From a virus: 64,000 bases of DNA. This document shows, in pieces, positions 17,711 to 25,901 of the stretch. The notes under the pieces were generated by a model that saw only the letters and a program-made list of their open reading frames with translations, was not told the DNA's origin and searched no databases. Position 1 is the first letter of the stretch, and every line of letters begins with the position of its first letter. The position numbers and the translations under genes are program-made. The stretch spans positions 1-64,000 of IMG/VR virus record IMGVR_UViG_3300032117_000015. One strand, given 5' to 3'.

Positions 17711-18442
17711 ATGACTGAATCCATGACATATAAAAATATAGACGAAACAGAAGGCAGACCGCTACACGTGGTCATTCGCGAACAAATGAAATCGCAAGGT
17801 CAACGCTTTTGGGCTGGTGACAATATTAGCGATTACATCGACGAAGAACAAAAAGAAGTCTTAATCGAAGAAGCTACTGTGGCTTTTGAAAAAGTATTGG
17901 ATGCTCTGTTAATTGATAGAGAAACAGATCCAAACTCGCATGGTACTGCGAAGCGTCTAGCTAAAATGTACTTTAACGAAATTATGGCAGGTAGATATGA
18001 ACCAGCACCAGATGCAACAGCATTTCCAAATGATTCGGAGGACCGTTACGAAGGTATGTTGGTTGTCCGTAGTGAGCTTCGCAGTATGTGTAGTCATCAT
18101 CACCAACCCGTTACTGGTGTTGCTTATATTGGCATTATTGCCGCTCAAAAACTTATCGGACTTAGCAAGTACACAAGAATCGCACAGTGGTGTGCAAGAC
18201 GTGGTACTCTCCAGGAGGAACTTTGTAATGACATTGCTAGGGAAATCCAAAAAGCCACAGGAGCATCAGACTTAGGTGTGTATATTCAAGCTACACACGG
18301 ATGCTGTGAGAATCGCGGTATTATGGCCAAGAGTAGTTTAACACAGACTACAGTATTGCGTGGTGCGTTTAATACAGATATGGGTACAAAGAAAGAGTTC
18401 TTTGACAATATTAAACTACAACAAGACTGGGCATCAAAATAA
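17711..18442 (+). CDS. folE: GTP cyclohydrolase I
   Basis: TAKRLAKMY, SMCSHH, IGLSKYTR, LQE, HGCCENRG. Confidence 0.95.
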   Translation: MTESMTYKNIDETEGRPLHVVIREQMKSQGQRFWAGDNISDYIDEEQKEVLIEEATVAFEKVLDALLIDRETDPNSHGTAKRLAKMYFNEIMAGRYEPAPDATAFPNDSEDRYEGMLVVRSELRSMCSHHHQPVTGVAYIGIIAAQKLIGLSKYTRIAQWCARRGTLQEELCNDIAREIQKATGASDLGVYIQATHGCCENRGIMAKSSLTQTTVLRGAFNTDMGTKKEFFDNIKLQQDWASK

Positions 18443-18789
18443 TGGAAGCGCAAGTACCTGCCGAAGGCATTTTAATGAAAAAAGACTGGGGCGATGCCAA
18501 AGTCTATAAAATTGTATGCGAGTGTGACGACTGCGATCATTCTCATAACGTGTGGATAGAAGCAGATGAAACAGGTGTTAGCGTTACTGTCTATACTCAA
18601 CAAAAAACAAAGTGGTGGGCACTTAATCGTTGGCAAAAGATTTGGACGTTGTTAACTAAAGGTTACATCGAAGTTGAATCTAATCTCATTATGGGTGAGC
18701 AACAAGCACTTAATTACGCAGAAACTTTAAAAAGTGCTGTTAAAGATGTTAAGGAATTTAGAGATGCAAAACGCCAAAGACATAACTGA
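18442..18789 (+). CDS. Hypothetical protein with CxCxxCxH motif
   Basis: VCECDDCDHSH; TAATG overlap with folE. Confidence 0.65.
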   Translation: MEAQVPAEGILMKKDWGDAKVYKIVCECDDCDHSHNVWIEADETGVSVTVYTQQKTKWWALNRWQKIWTLLTKGYIEVESNLIMGEQQALNYAETLKSAVKDVKEFRDAKRQRHN

Positions 18790-18994
18790 CAATTTAATAC
18801 ATCGTTTACGCAACTCAACATTGCAGTTGTTTGAAATTAAACGAGAAGTAGGACCAGGATGGTTGCCGCAAGGCACCATCCCTTTTGACATTAGAGCTAG
18901 TAACGGTGTTGCTACATTTAAAGTATATGCAGAATTTTTACAAGATGCTGAAGATCAAGTAACACAATTTTTAGAACAGGACGAAGATGAGTAA
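18764..18994 (+). CDS. Hypothetical protein
   Basis: ORF tiling the gap upstream of queE; start reassigned to ATG 18764. Confidence 0.55.
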   Translation: MQNAKDITDNLIHRLRNSTLQLFEIKREVGPGWLPQGTIPFDIRASNGVATFKVYAEFLQDAEDQVTQFLEQDEDE

Positions 18995-19835
18995 GATTAA
19001 AATCGCAGAATTATTTTATAGTATCCAAGGAGAAGGACGTTACATGGGTGTGCCGTCTGTTTTCTTGCGTACATTTGGTTGCAACTTTAAATGTGCTGGA
19101 TTTGGTATGCCAAAGGGTCAACTAAGTACAGAAGCAGACGAAATTTCAGAAGTAGTTCATTTATATAACAAATATGAAGAACTGCCACTGGTTAGCACAG
19201 GATGTGATAGTTATGCTAGCTGGCATCCTAGTTTTAAAGATCTTAGTCCAATGCTTACTAGTGATGCAATCGCAGATAGAATTACAGAAATTTTACCGCA
19301 CAATGAATGGCTAGATGAACACTTGGTTATTACCGGTGGCGAGCCATTATTGGGTTGGCAACGTGCTTACCCAGACTTGCTTAATCATCCTAAAATGTCA
19401 GGATTGAAAGAAATTACATTTGAAACAAATGGTACACAGGGACTAAGCGAAGAGTTCTTTAACTATCTAAATGCATGGAAACGTGCATACGATGATAGAG
19501 AAATTACATTTAGTGTAAGTGCTAAACTTCTATGTAGTGGCGAAAAGTGGGAGGAAGCAATTCGCCCAGAAGTAGTTTGCGAGTACGAACAAGTTGGCAC
19601 AGCATATTTGAAGTTTGTTATTGCTACCGAAGAAGATAGAGACTATGCATTAAAAGCCGCTAGTGAATATCGTGCGGCAGGTTTTAAAGGTCATGTTTAC
19701 TTTATGCCAGTTGGAGGCGTTGAAAGTGTGTATAACCTAAATGCTAAATCTGTAGCACTAATGGCAATGAAGCATGGTTTGCGATACAGTGATCGATTGC
19801 AAGTGCCGTTATTTAAAAATGAGTGGGGAACCTAA
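18987..19835 (+). CDS. queE: 7-carboxy-7-deazaguanine synthase (radical SAM)
   Basis: ELFYSIQGEG, VFLRTFGCNFKC...GCDS, ITGGEPL, FETNGT, LKFVI. Confidence 0.93.
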   Translation: MSKIKIAELFYSIQGEGRYMGVPSVFLRTFGCNFKCAGFGMPKGQLSTEADEISEVVHLYNKYEELPLVSTGCDSYASWHPSFKDLSPMLTSDAIADRITEILPHNEWLDEHLVITGGEPLLGWQRAYPDLLNHPKMSGLKEITFETNGTQGLSEEFFNYLNAWKRAYDDREITFSVSAKLLCSGEKWEEAIRPEVVCEYEQVGTAYLKFVIATEEDRDYALKAASEYRAAGFKGHVYFMPVGGVESVYNLNAKSVALMAMKHGLRYSDRLQVPLFKNEWGT

Positions 19836-19836
19836 A

Positions 19837-20193
19837 ATGAGAAAAATAGTTTATAGTATCGAGTTTGATAAAGAAAACTTTTCTTCTTTCCTTAATATTA
19901 AAATGAAAGACAAAGATGGAAAAGTTAGTGTGTTATTCAGAGAAGAGATGTCAAGAAAACCTGATAGCAAATATACTCCTGAACAACAGGCTAAGATTAA
20001 CCAAGTTAATCAAATATTAAGCATGAATGGCGATTCGCCGATGACCGAAGAAGAATGCGACTATATGTTAGATCCAAATGGCTACAAAGCCTATATGGAA
20101 TCTAAGCTAGCGGAAGAAGAATTACAAAGACTAGCTGGGTTTAAGGTAGAAAAGAAGATTACATACTTTAACGATTTCCACGAGGAAAGCTAA
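19837..20193 (+). CDS. Hypothetical protein
   Basis: ORF directly after the queE stop. Confidence 0.55.
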   Translation: MRKIVYSIEFDKENFSSFLNIKMKDKDGKVSVLFREEMSRKPDSKYTPEQQAKINQVNQILSMNGDSPMTEEECDYMLDPNGYKAYMESKLAEEELQRLAGFKVEKKITYFNDFHEES

Positions 20194-20194
20194 T

Positions 20195-20338
20195 ATGTTC
20201 GAAATGATTATAGCACTATTACTAGTTTTAGTACTTGTAGGTGTTGTGGCTCGTTTTAGTAAAAATGACGGGTGTACAGGTAATTGTAGACAAGGAAGAA
20301 ATTGTAACTGTAAGGATAATGATGAAAAACTTAATTAA
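20195..20338 (+). CDS. Micro membrane protein with Cys cluster (47 aa, not in ORF track)
   Basis: Hand-translated MFEMIIALLLVLVLVGVVARFSKNDGCTGNCRQGRNCNCKDNDEKLN. Confidence 0.7.
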   Translation: MFEMIIALLLVLVLVGVVARFSKNDGCTGNCRQGRNCNCKDNDEKLN

Positions 20339-20771
20339 ACGACTATTTGGCATCGATAAAATCGAAGCTCAAAAGGATCAAGCATTGGCTGAAGCCGCGG
20401 TTGCTGAAAAATTAGCTAAACAAAAATTAGAAGAAGTTGTTGAAGCTGAAAAGGCCGCGGAACTTGCTAAAATGAGTCCAAAAGAACGTGCTACTGCACG
20501 TGGCGAACCGTGGGTAGCAGTATTAGATACTCATGTGAACAAAGAAAATGTTCGTAATGGTTTCTTTGAGCTTGACTGGAATGAAATATTTGTGTTACAA
20601 TTGAAACAAGCTGGATACGGTTTTGACGGTGATCCAGACGAAGAAATCGTAGATCGCTGGTTTAGAGATCTTGCCAGAAATATGCTAGCAGATGAAGGGC
20701 AAGACATGAATCGCGGTATGGGTTATATTAACGTAAGTAAACTCGGTAACGGGAAAGCATCTGTAGAATGA
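20319..20771 (+). CDS. Conserved-looking phage hypothetical protein
   Basis: GFFELDWN...EEIVDRWF; AAGGA RBS before ATG 20319. Confidence 0.65.
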   Translation: MMKNLIKRLFGIDKIEAQKDQALAEAAVAEKLAKQKLEEVVEAEKAAELAKMSPKERATARGEPWVAVLDTHVNKENVRNGFFELDWNEIFVLQLKQAGYGFDGDPDEEIVDRWFRDLARNMLADEGQDMNRGMGYINVSKLGNGKASVE

Positions 20772-21787
20772 CATATATTATAGTTGATACTGCTAACACA
20801 TTCTTTCGTGCTAGACACGTAGTTCAAGGCTCTGCTGATATCAAACTCGGCATGGCATTTCACATTACTTTTAACAGTATCAAAAAGGCTTGGCAAGACT
20901 TCGGTGGCACTCATGTAGTGTTCTGCCTTGAAGGTCGTAGCTGGCGCAAAGACTACTACAAGCCATACAAGGCTAACCGTGCTGAAAATCGTGCGGCTAT
21001 GACACAACGAGAACAAGATGAAGATAAATTGTTCTGGGAAGCATTTGACGAGTTTAAAAATTTCATTACAGAAAAAACTAACTGTACTGTAATGCAACAT
21101 CCCAATCTAGAAGCAGATGATTTAATTGCTGGCTGGGTACAAGCACATCCAGATTCCAAACATGTTATTATTTCGACAGATGGAGATTTTGCACAATTAG
21201 TAAGTCCTACAGTTAGTCAATATAACGGTGTTGCAGATCATCACATTACACACGAAGGAACATTTGATGCAAAAGGTAAACCTGTTAAAGACAAGAAAAC
21301 AGGCGAGCCTAAGCCTGCACAAGATCCAGAGTGGATGCTATTCGAAAAATGTATGCGAGGCGACACATCGGATAATGTCTTTTCGGCTTATCCAGGTGTT
21401 CGAACAAAAGGGTCAAAGAATAAAGTTGGTCTCCAAGAGGCATTTGCCGATCGTAAGACTAAAGGATTTAATTGGAACAATCTCATGTTGCAACGTTGGG
21501 TCGACCACAATGGACAAGAACACAGAGTCTTAGAAGATTACCAACGCAATGTGCAGTTATGTGACTTAACAGCACAGCCCGACGACATTAAAGCTAAGAT
21601 TAGAGAAACTATCAACACTCACGCTGTGCCTAAGACTGTTGATCAGGTAGGAATTCGTATGCTCAAGTTTTGCAATGCTTGGGATATGAAAAAGATTGCT
21701 GATAATATTCAGCAATATGCAGAACCATTCCAAGCAAAATATCTTGAGAAAGATGTTACTTGGCGTAAACTAACCGAGGAAAATTAA
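20768..21787 (+). CDS. rnh: T4 RNase H-like 5'-3' exonuclease / flap endonuclease
   Basis: IIVDTAN, SWRKDYYKPYKANR, EADD, ISTDGDFAQL, GDTSDNV. Confidence 0.92.
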   Translation: MTYIIVDTANTFFRARHVVQGSADIKLGMAFHITFNSIKKAWQDFGGTHVVFCLEGRSWRKDYYKPYKANRAENRAAMTQREQDEDKLFWEAFDEFKNFITEKTNCTVMQHPNLEADDLIAGWVQAHPDSKHVIISTDGDFAQLVSPTVSQYNGVADHHITHEGTFDAKGKPVKDKKTGEPKPAQDPEWMLFEKCMRGDTSDNVFSAYPGVRTKGSKNKVGLQEAFADRKTKGFNWNNLMLQRWVDHNGQEHRVLEDYQRNVQLCDLTAQPDDIKAKIRETINTHAVPKTVDQVGIRMLKFCNAWDMKKIADNIQQYAEPFQAKYLEKDVTWRKLTEEN

Positions 21788-21788
21788 A

Positions 21789-21983
21789 ATGAGTGCAATT
21801 TCAGAAAAATTAACAAAAGTAAACGAAAGTTTCACAATCAATCGCTACGACAACGGTTTTATGATCGAAGTCGGTGGTCGTAACGAAGACGACGATTGGA
21901 AAACAGCTAAAGTTATTGTAGGTACAGAAGAAGAATTAATTGAACTAATTCAAGAAACTCTATCACTACCAGTAGCAGAATAA
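21789..21983 (+). CDS. Small acidic hypothetical protein
   Basis: 64 aa, GAGG RBS. Confidence 0.65.
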   Translation: MSAISEKLTKVNESFTINRYDNGFMIEVGGRNEDDDWKTAKVIVGTEEELIELIQETLSLPVAE

Positions 21984-22717
21984 TGTTTTTCTTTTTCAGA
22001 CCTTCCACAATTACGGTAGACGTTTTTTGTGCAGATGAAATTATATTCCATAATTTCAAACCAGAACGTGCAAATAAATTCCTTCCTAAATTTTGGAAGG
22101 AACTGCCGCCATATTTAGATCAAAAGGCAATACAAAATCCTCATAGTAAATTAATGACTAAAGTTGGCACATTGAAAAAGTGTGTCGGTTTTACAGATTT
22201 ATTTTCTAATGGATTTATTTTGCCTAATTGGGCAGACTGGCAAAACGAAGTGTTACCAAGCGGAGTAAGTGTTACTGCAAACTTTAATAGTGAAGATGTT
22301 AACAGCACATTCTCAGGCCATGGTCGTACACAATTCGGCGAACCACTTTACAAAAATTGTGGGCATATTAAAATAGACAGTCCATGGTTGTTTAAAGAAA
22401 AAACTGGTGTTAAGTTTACATGGAATGGATGTCCTTGGCATAACACAGATGCATTAGAAAATTTTTATGTGTTGTCTGCTATTGTAAATTATAAAAATCA
22501 AATCGGTACTAATGTTAACGCATTCCAGCGTAAAGGTTCGATTGTGCAGTTTACAGCAGGTGATCCGTTAATACATCTAGTTCCTATGAGTGAGAAGAAA
22601 GTTAAAATTGCACATCATCAAATTTCTCAACAAGAATGGCATAATATGAATTCTCGAGAAATGATTGCACTACGTTATAAAGATTCAAGAGCAGTTAAAG
22701 CAAAATGCCCATTTTAG
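21983..22717 (+). CDS. Hypothetical protein (beta-rich, possibly dUTPase-like fold)
   Basis: TLKKCVGF..LFSNGFILP, SPWLF, GDPLIHLVP, terminal KCPF; fold assignment is weak. Confidence 0.55.
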   Translation: MFFFFRPSTITVDVFCADEIIFHNFKPERANKFLPKFWKELPPYLDQKAIQNPHSKLMTKVGTLKKCVGFTDLFSNGFILPNWADWQNEVLPSGVSVTANFNSEDVNSTFSGHGRTQFGEPLYKNCGHIKIDSPWLFKEKTGVKFTWNGCPWHNTDALENFYVLSAIVNYKNQIGTNVNAFQRKGSIVQFTAGDPLIHLVPMSEKKVKIAHHQISQQEWHNMNSREMIALRYKDSRAVKAKCPF

Positions 22718-22726
22718 GAGAGTATT

Positions 22727-23227
22727 ATGGCACTATGGACCGTTAAAACACATTACAAAAAATCTTGTCAAGAAATTGAACATTGGATTCGAAGCGAAAG
22801 CGAGGGTAAAATCACAGTTACTAACGGGTTCCGTTGGGGCGAATGGACAGTAGAAACTTCAGATGACAATCCTCCAGAGTTTGAGTTTACTTTTGTTCCC
22901 GGTGGCGATGGCAAGAAAGACAGCATCAATATGCTAGATTGCGAAGTTAACAATATCGAAAGCGTTGAGCTTGTTAGCATGGATGATGGCGGTTGCTGGT
23001 ATGATGTTGATTTTGAAGATCTTACCGAGGAAGAGGAAGAAGAGATTCAAGAGTTTATTGATGAAAATAGCATCTATGAATTAGAAGAACGCGAAGACTC
23101 TTGGTATCAAGATGATAGCGAATGGTGGGTCTGGGGCCCTATTGAAATTCAAAATGAAGCCGGTGAAACTGTACGAATTATTTGTGCAGATGCAGACGGT
23201 AATGTAGTAGACTTTAAGGAAGAATAA
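22727..23227 (+). CDS. Highly acidic hypothetical protein
   Basis: 166 aa, D/E- and Trp-rich, AGGAG RBS. Confidence 0.7.
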   Translation: MALWTVKTHYKKSCQEIEHWIRSESEGKITVTNGFRWGEWTVETSDDNPPEFEFTFVPGGDGKKDSINMLDCEVNNIESVELVSMDDGGCWYDVDFEDLTEEEEEEIQEFIDENSIYELEEREDSWYQDDSEWWVWGPIEIQNEAGETVRIICADADGNVVDFKEE

Positions 23228-23706
23228 TGACAGAGATACACGCTAAACCAATTGTAGATGGAAAATTTTGGATTGTCGAGCAAGACGGTGCCAAAATAGC
23301 TACCTTACATAAAAAAGAAAATAATAAATTTGTTCTTAGCAGTACACAAGGAGAAGTCTTTTTTAACAAAAAAGACGATTTGACTAAACAATTTGGATTA
23401 GATTTTTTCTTGTCGAGTACTAAGGTTAAAGTTACTAAACAAGACATACATGAATGCCACGGGTTTCCTACTAGTGTAAAACCTTATAATGCTATGTATG
23501 ATGTAAGACACAAACTACCATTGTTTACCAAAAGTAATGCTAGTAAAAGTTTGTATTGTGCAGGCTATTATACCATTCAATTTAATAAAGGTTGGGTTAA
23601 GAGTTTTTGCCCTAAATTAATTACATTGGAACGTAACCCATACAAAGGTCCGTTTAAAACTGAAATCGAAATGAAACAGGTACTGTCTAATGCAAAATCA
23701 GATTAA
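23227..23706 (+). CDS. Hypothetical phage protein
   Basis: 159-aa ORF with TAATG overlap. Confidence 0.7.
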   Translation: MTEIHAKPIVDGKFWIVEQDGAKIATLHKKENNKFVLSSTQGEVFFNKKDDLTKQFGLDFFLSSTKVKVTKQDIHECHGFPTSVKPYNAMYDVRHKLPLFTKSNASKSLYCAGYYTIQFNKGWVKSFCPKLITLERNPYKGPFKTEIEMKQVLSNAKSD

Positions 23707-23932
23707 TCTAACACCAATCACAAACCTTATTCAAGTAATCAGAAGTGCTGAACTTGCTCAACAAAAAGAAGTAAGAATACCTATTCAAGCCGCTAGATTA
23801 CTAAGTTTAGCACTTGCTGAAATACAAGATAAACTACTACAAGACTATGAAAGCATGTTTAATCAGCTTAAAAACAGTTCTGCAACAGAAGTAGTACAAA
23901 TACAGTTAGACGGCGGAAGTTTTAAAGACTAA
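23690..23932 (+). CDS. Hypothetical protein
   Basis: 80-aa helical ORF. Confidence 0.6.
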   Translation: MQNQINLTPITNLIQVIRSAELAQQKEVRIPIQAARLLSLALAEIQDKLLQDYESMFNQLKNSSATEVVQIQLDGGSFKD

Positions 23933-23935
23933 TAG

Positions 23936-23943
23936 GATAAATA
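23936..23943 (+). promoter_or_regulatory. T4-type late promoter GATAAATA
   Basis: Intergenic; the same octamer precedes the structural genes on the - strand. Confidence 0.6.
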
Positions 23944-23969
23944 TATGCGTATATAATTGGATACGCATT

Positions 23970-24254
23970 ATGAGTCGACCTAAACCTAAAGTACTATTAG
24001 AGCACGTCAATAAAAAGACCTATAAGGCCGAGCAGATTTTAGAAGCCGACGCAATATGGGCTGTGTTCTATAAAAACGAACCGTTTAATTTAAAATCGTT
24101 TAATAGCCTTGTTAATTATCCTGGACCTAAATATAAAAAGGTCTCCTTTAGTAATCCAGGACATGCTCGCAATCTAGCTAAAAAGCTCAACATGACATTT
24201 GGATGTGATGATTTCCAAGTTGTTATGCTGACCACTGGCACAGTAGTAAAATGA
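23970..24254 (+). CDS. Basic hypothetical phage protein
   Basis: 94 aa, YPGPKYKKVSFSNPGHA. Confidence 0.7.
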   Translation: MSRPKPKVLLEHVNKKTYKAEQILEADAIWAVFYKNEPFNLKSFNSLVNYPGPKYKKVSFSNPGHARNLAKKLNMTFGCDDFQVVMLTTGTVVK

Positions 24255-24658
24255 TAACCAGAGATGCATTAACCAAAATATTTTTACAACAGTGGGGCAA
24301 AAGCATAGATGATGCCAATGTTAAAATATTTGGTCGTAAATGGTGGCAAAGTACAAGAGCAGGTAAGCAAAATAACTTTCGGTTAAGTGACGAAGGTTAC
24401 GAATTTTTAACTCAAGAATTGGATTTGAAAGCGTACGAAGTTCCGTTTACTGAACCAATCGAACTAAGTCCACAAACAATTATATTTTTAGAAAGATACG
24501 TGGACTGCCCTTACTATCTTACCCCCATGTCAATCACTGTCTTCTCAGAACGCAAAGGTTTTGAGCTAATGTTGTTTTCAGACGACATCAGAAAATTCGG
24601 CTTAATTAAAGCTATGAATGAGCGAGAAAAAGAACTCGCAAGTCAAAATAATAGTTGA
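24251..24658 (+). CDS. Hypothetical phage protein
   Basis: 135 aa, ATGA overlap. Confidence 0.7.
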   Translation: MITRDALTKIFLQQWGKSIDDANVKIFGRKWWQSTRAGKQNNFRLSDEGYEFLTQELDLKAYEVPFTEPIELSPQTIIFLERYVDCPYYLTPMSITVFSERKGFELMLFSDDIRKFGLIKAMNEREKELASQNNS

Positions 24659-24683
24659 CTTAACTCCTACTCTGCCTTATAAT
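24655..24683 (+). promoter_or_regulatory. Sigma70 promoter for the AAA ATPase
   Basis: TTGACT-17 bp-TATAAT. Confidence 0.75.
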
Positions 24684-24738
24684 ACATACTTACACAGCAT
24701 TATTCGCACAATTTTTTAACTAAGTTAGGAACTTAAAA

Positions 24739-25827
24739 ATGGCAGAAATCAATAGTCGCACAGTGGGCCCAAGCGGTGCCAAAAAATCTTTGCGTAAAGC
24801 ATTTAAAAATCAGCGTCCGCTTTTCCTATGGGGCCCTCCAGGCATTGGAAAATCTGACATTATTAAACAACTTGGCGATGAGCTAGAAGCTCATGTTATT
24901 GACGTTCGTCTTTCACTTTGGGAACCTACTGATATTAAAGGTATTCCATATTTTGATAGCAATGATGGTACTATGCGTTGGGCACCTCCTGCAGAACTTC
25001 CAAGCAAGGACTTTGCTTCAAATCACAAACAAATCATTTTGTTCTTGGACGAAATGAACTCTGCGGCACCTGCTGTACAAGCCGCCGCTTATCAACTTAT
25101 CCTTAACCGTAAAGTCGGTGCATATCAATTACCAGACAATGTTGTAATTGTTGCGGCTGGTAACCGTGAAACTGACAAGGGTGTTACATTCCGTATGCCT
25201 GCTCCATTGGCAAACCGTTTTGTTCACTTGGAAATGCAAGTTAACTGGGATGACTGGTTTGAATGGGCTGTTGAAAACAAAATCCACAAGGACGTTGTTG
25301 GCTATTTGACTTTCTCTAAAAAGAGCTTGTATGACTTCGATCCAAAGTCTAGCTCACGTGCATTTGCTACACCCCGCTCTTGGAGTTTTGTAAGCGAATT
25401 GCTTACAGACGACGACACAGATGTTGATACATTGACTGATCTTACATGCGGTTCTGTTGGTGAAGGTTTGGCAATCAGCTTTATGGCTCACCGTAAAGTT
25501 GCATCAAAGATGCCTAACCCAAGCGACATTTTGAGTGGTAAAGTTAAGAAAATGGACTCAAAAGAAATTTCAGCTATGTACTCGTTGACTGTGTCATTGT
25601 GCTACGAATTGAAAGATTCTTGCGAGAAGAAAGCTAAAGATTGGAATGATCAAGTTAACTACTTCTTCGAATTTATGATGAATAACTTCGAAACAGAATT
25701 GGTTATTATGGGTACTAAATTGGCTTTGAGCACTTACAAGTTGCCATTGGATCCAGATGAAATCAAATGCTTTGATGATTTCCATGCTAAGTTTGGCAAA
25801 TACATTAGTCAAGCTACTGAAAAATAA
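24739..25827 (+). CDS. MoxR-like AAA+ ATPase
   Basis: Walker A GPPGIGKS, Walker B LFLDE, AAGN sensor, PLANRF arginine finger. Confidence 0.92.
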   Translation: MAEINSRTVGPSGAKKSLRKAFKNQRPLFLWGPPGIGKSDIIKQLGDELEAHVIDVRLSLWEPTDIKGIPYFDSNDGTMRWAPPAELPSKDFASNHKQIILFLDEMNSAAPAVQAAAYQLILNRKVGAYQLPDNVVIVAAGNRETDKGVTFRMPAPLANRFVHLEMQVNWDDWFEWAVENKIHKDVVGYLTFSKKSLYDFDPKSSSRAFATPRSWSFVSELLTDDDTDVDTLTDLTCGSVGEGLAISFMAHRKVASKMPNPSDILSGKVKKMDSKEISAMYSLTVSLCYELKDSCEKKAKDWNDQVNYFFEFMMNNFETELVIMGTKLALSTYKLPLDPDEIKCFDDFHAKFGKYISQATEK

Positions 25828-25843
25828 TCGGTTTTAGCACTAT

Positions 25844-25872
25844 TTGACACCTCCTGCGGGAGGTGTTATAAT
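25844..25872 (+). promoter_or_regulatory. Perfect sigma70 promoter whose spacer is an 8-bp hairpin
   Basis: TTGACA-17 bp-TATAAT containing ACACCTCC-TGCG-GGAGGTGT (25847-25866). Confidence 0.8.
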
Positions 25873-25901
25873 ATATACTATAGTAACAATTAAGGAAAAA
25901 C

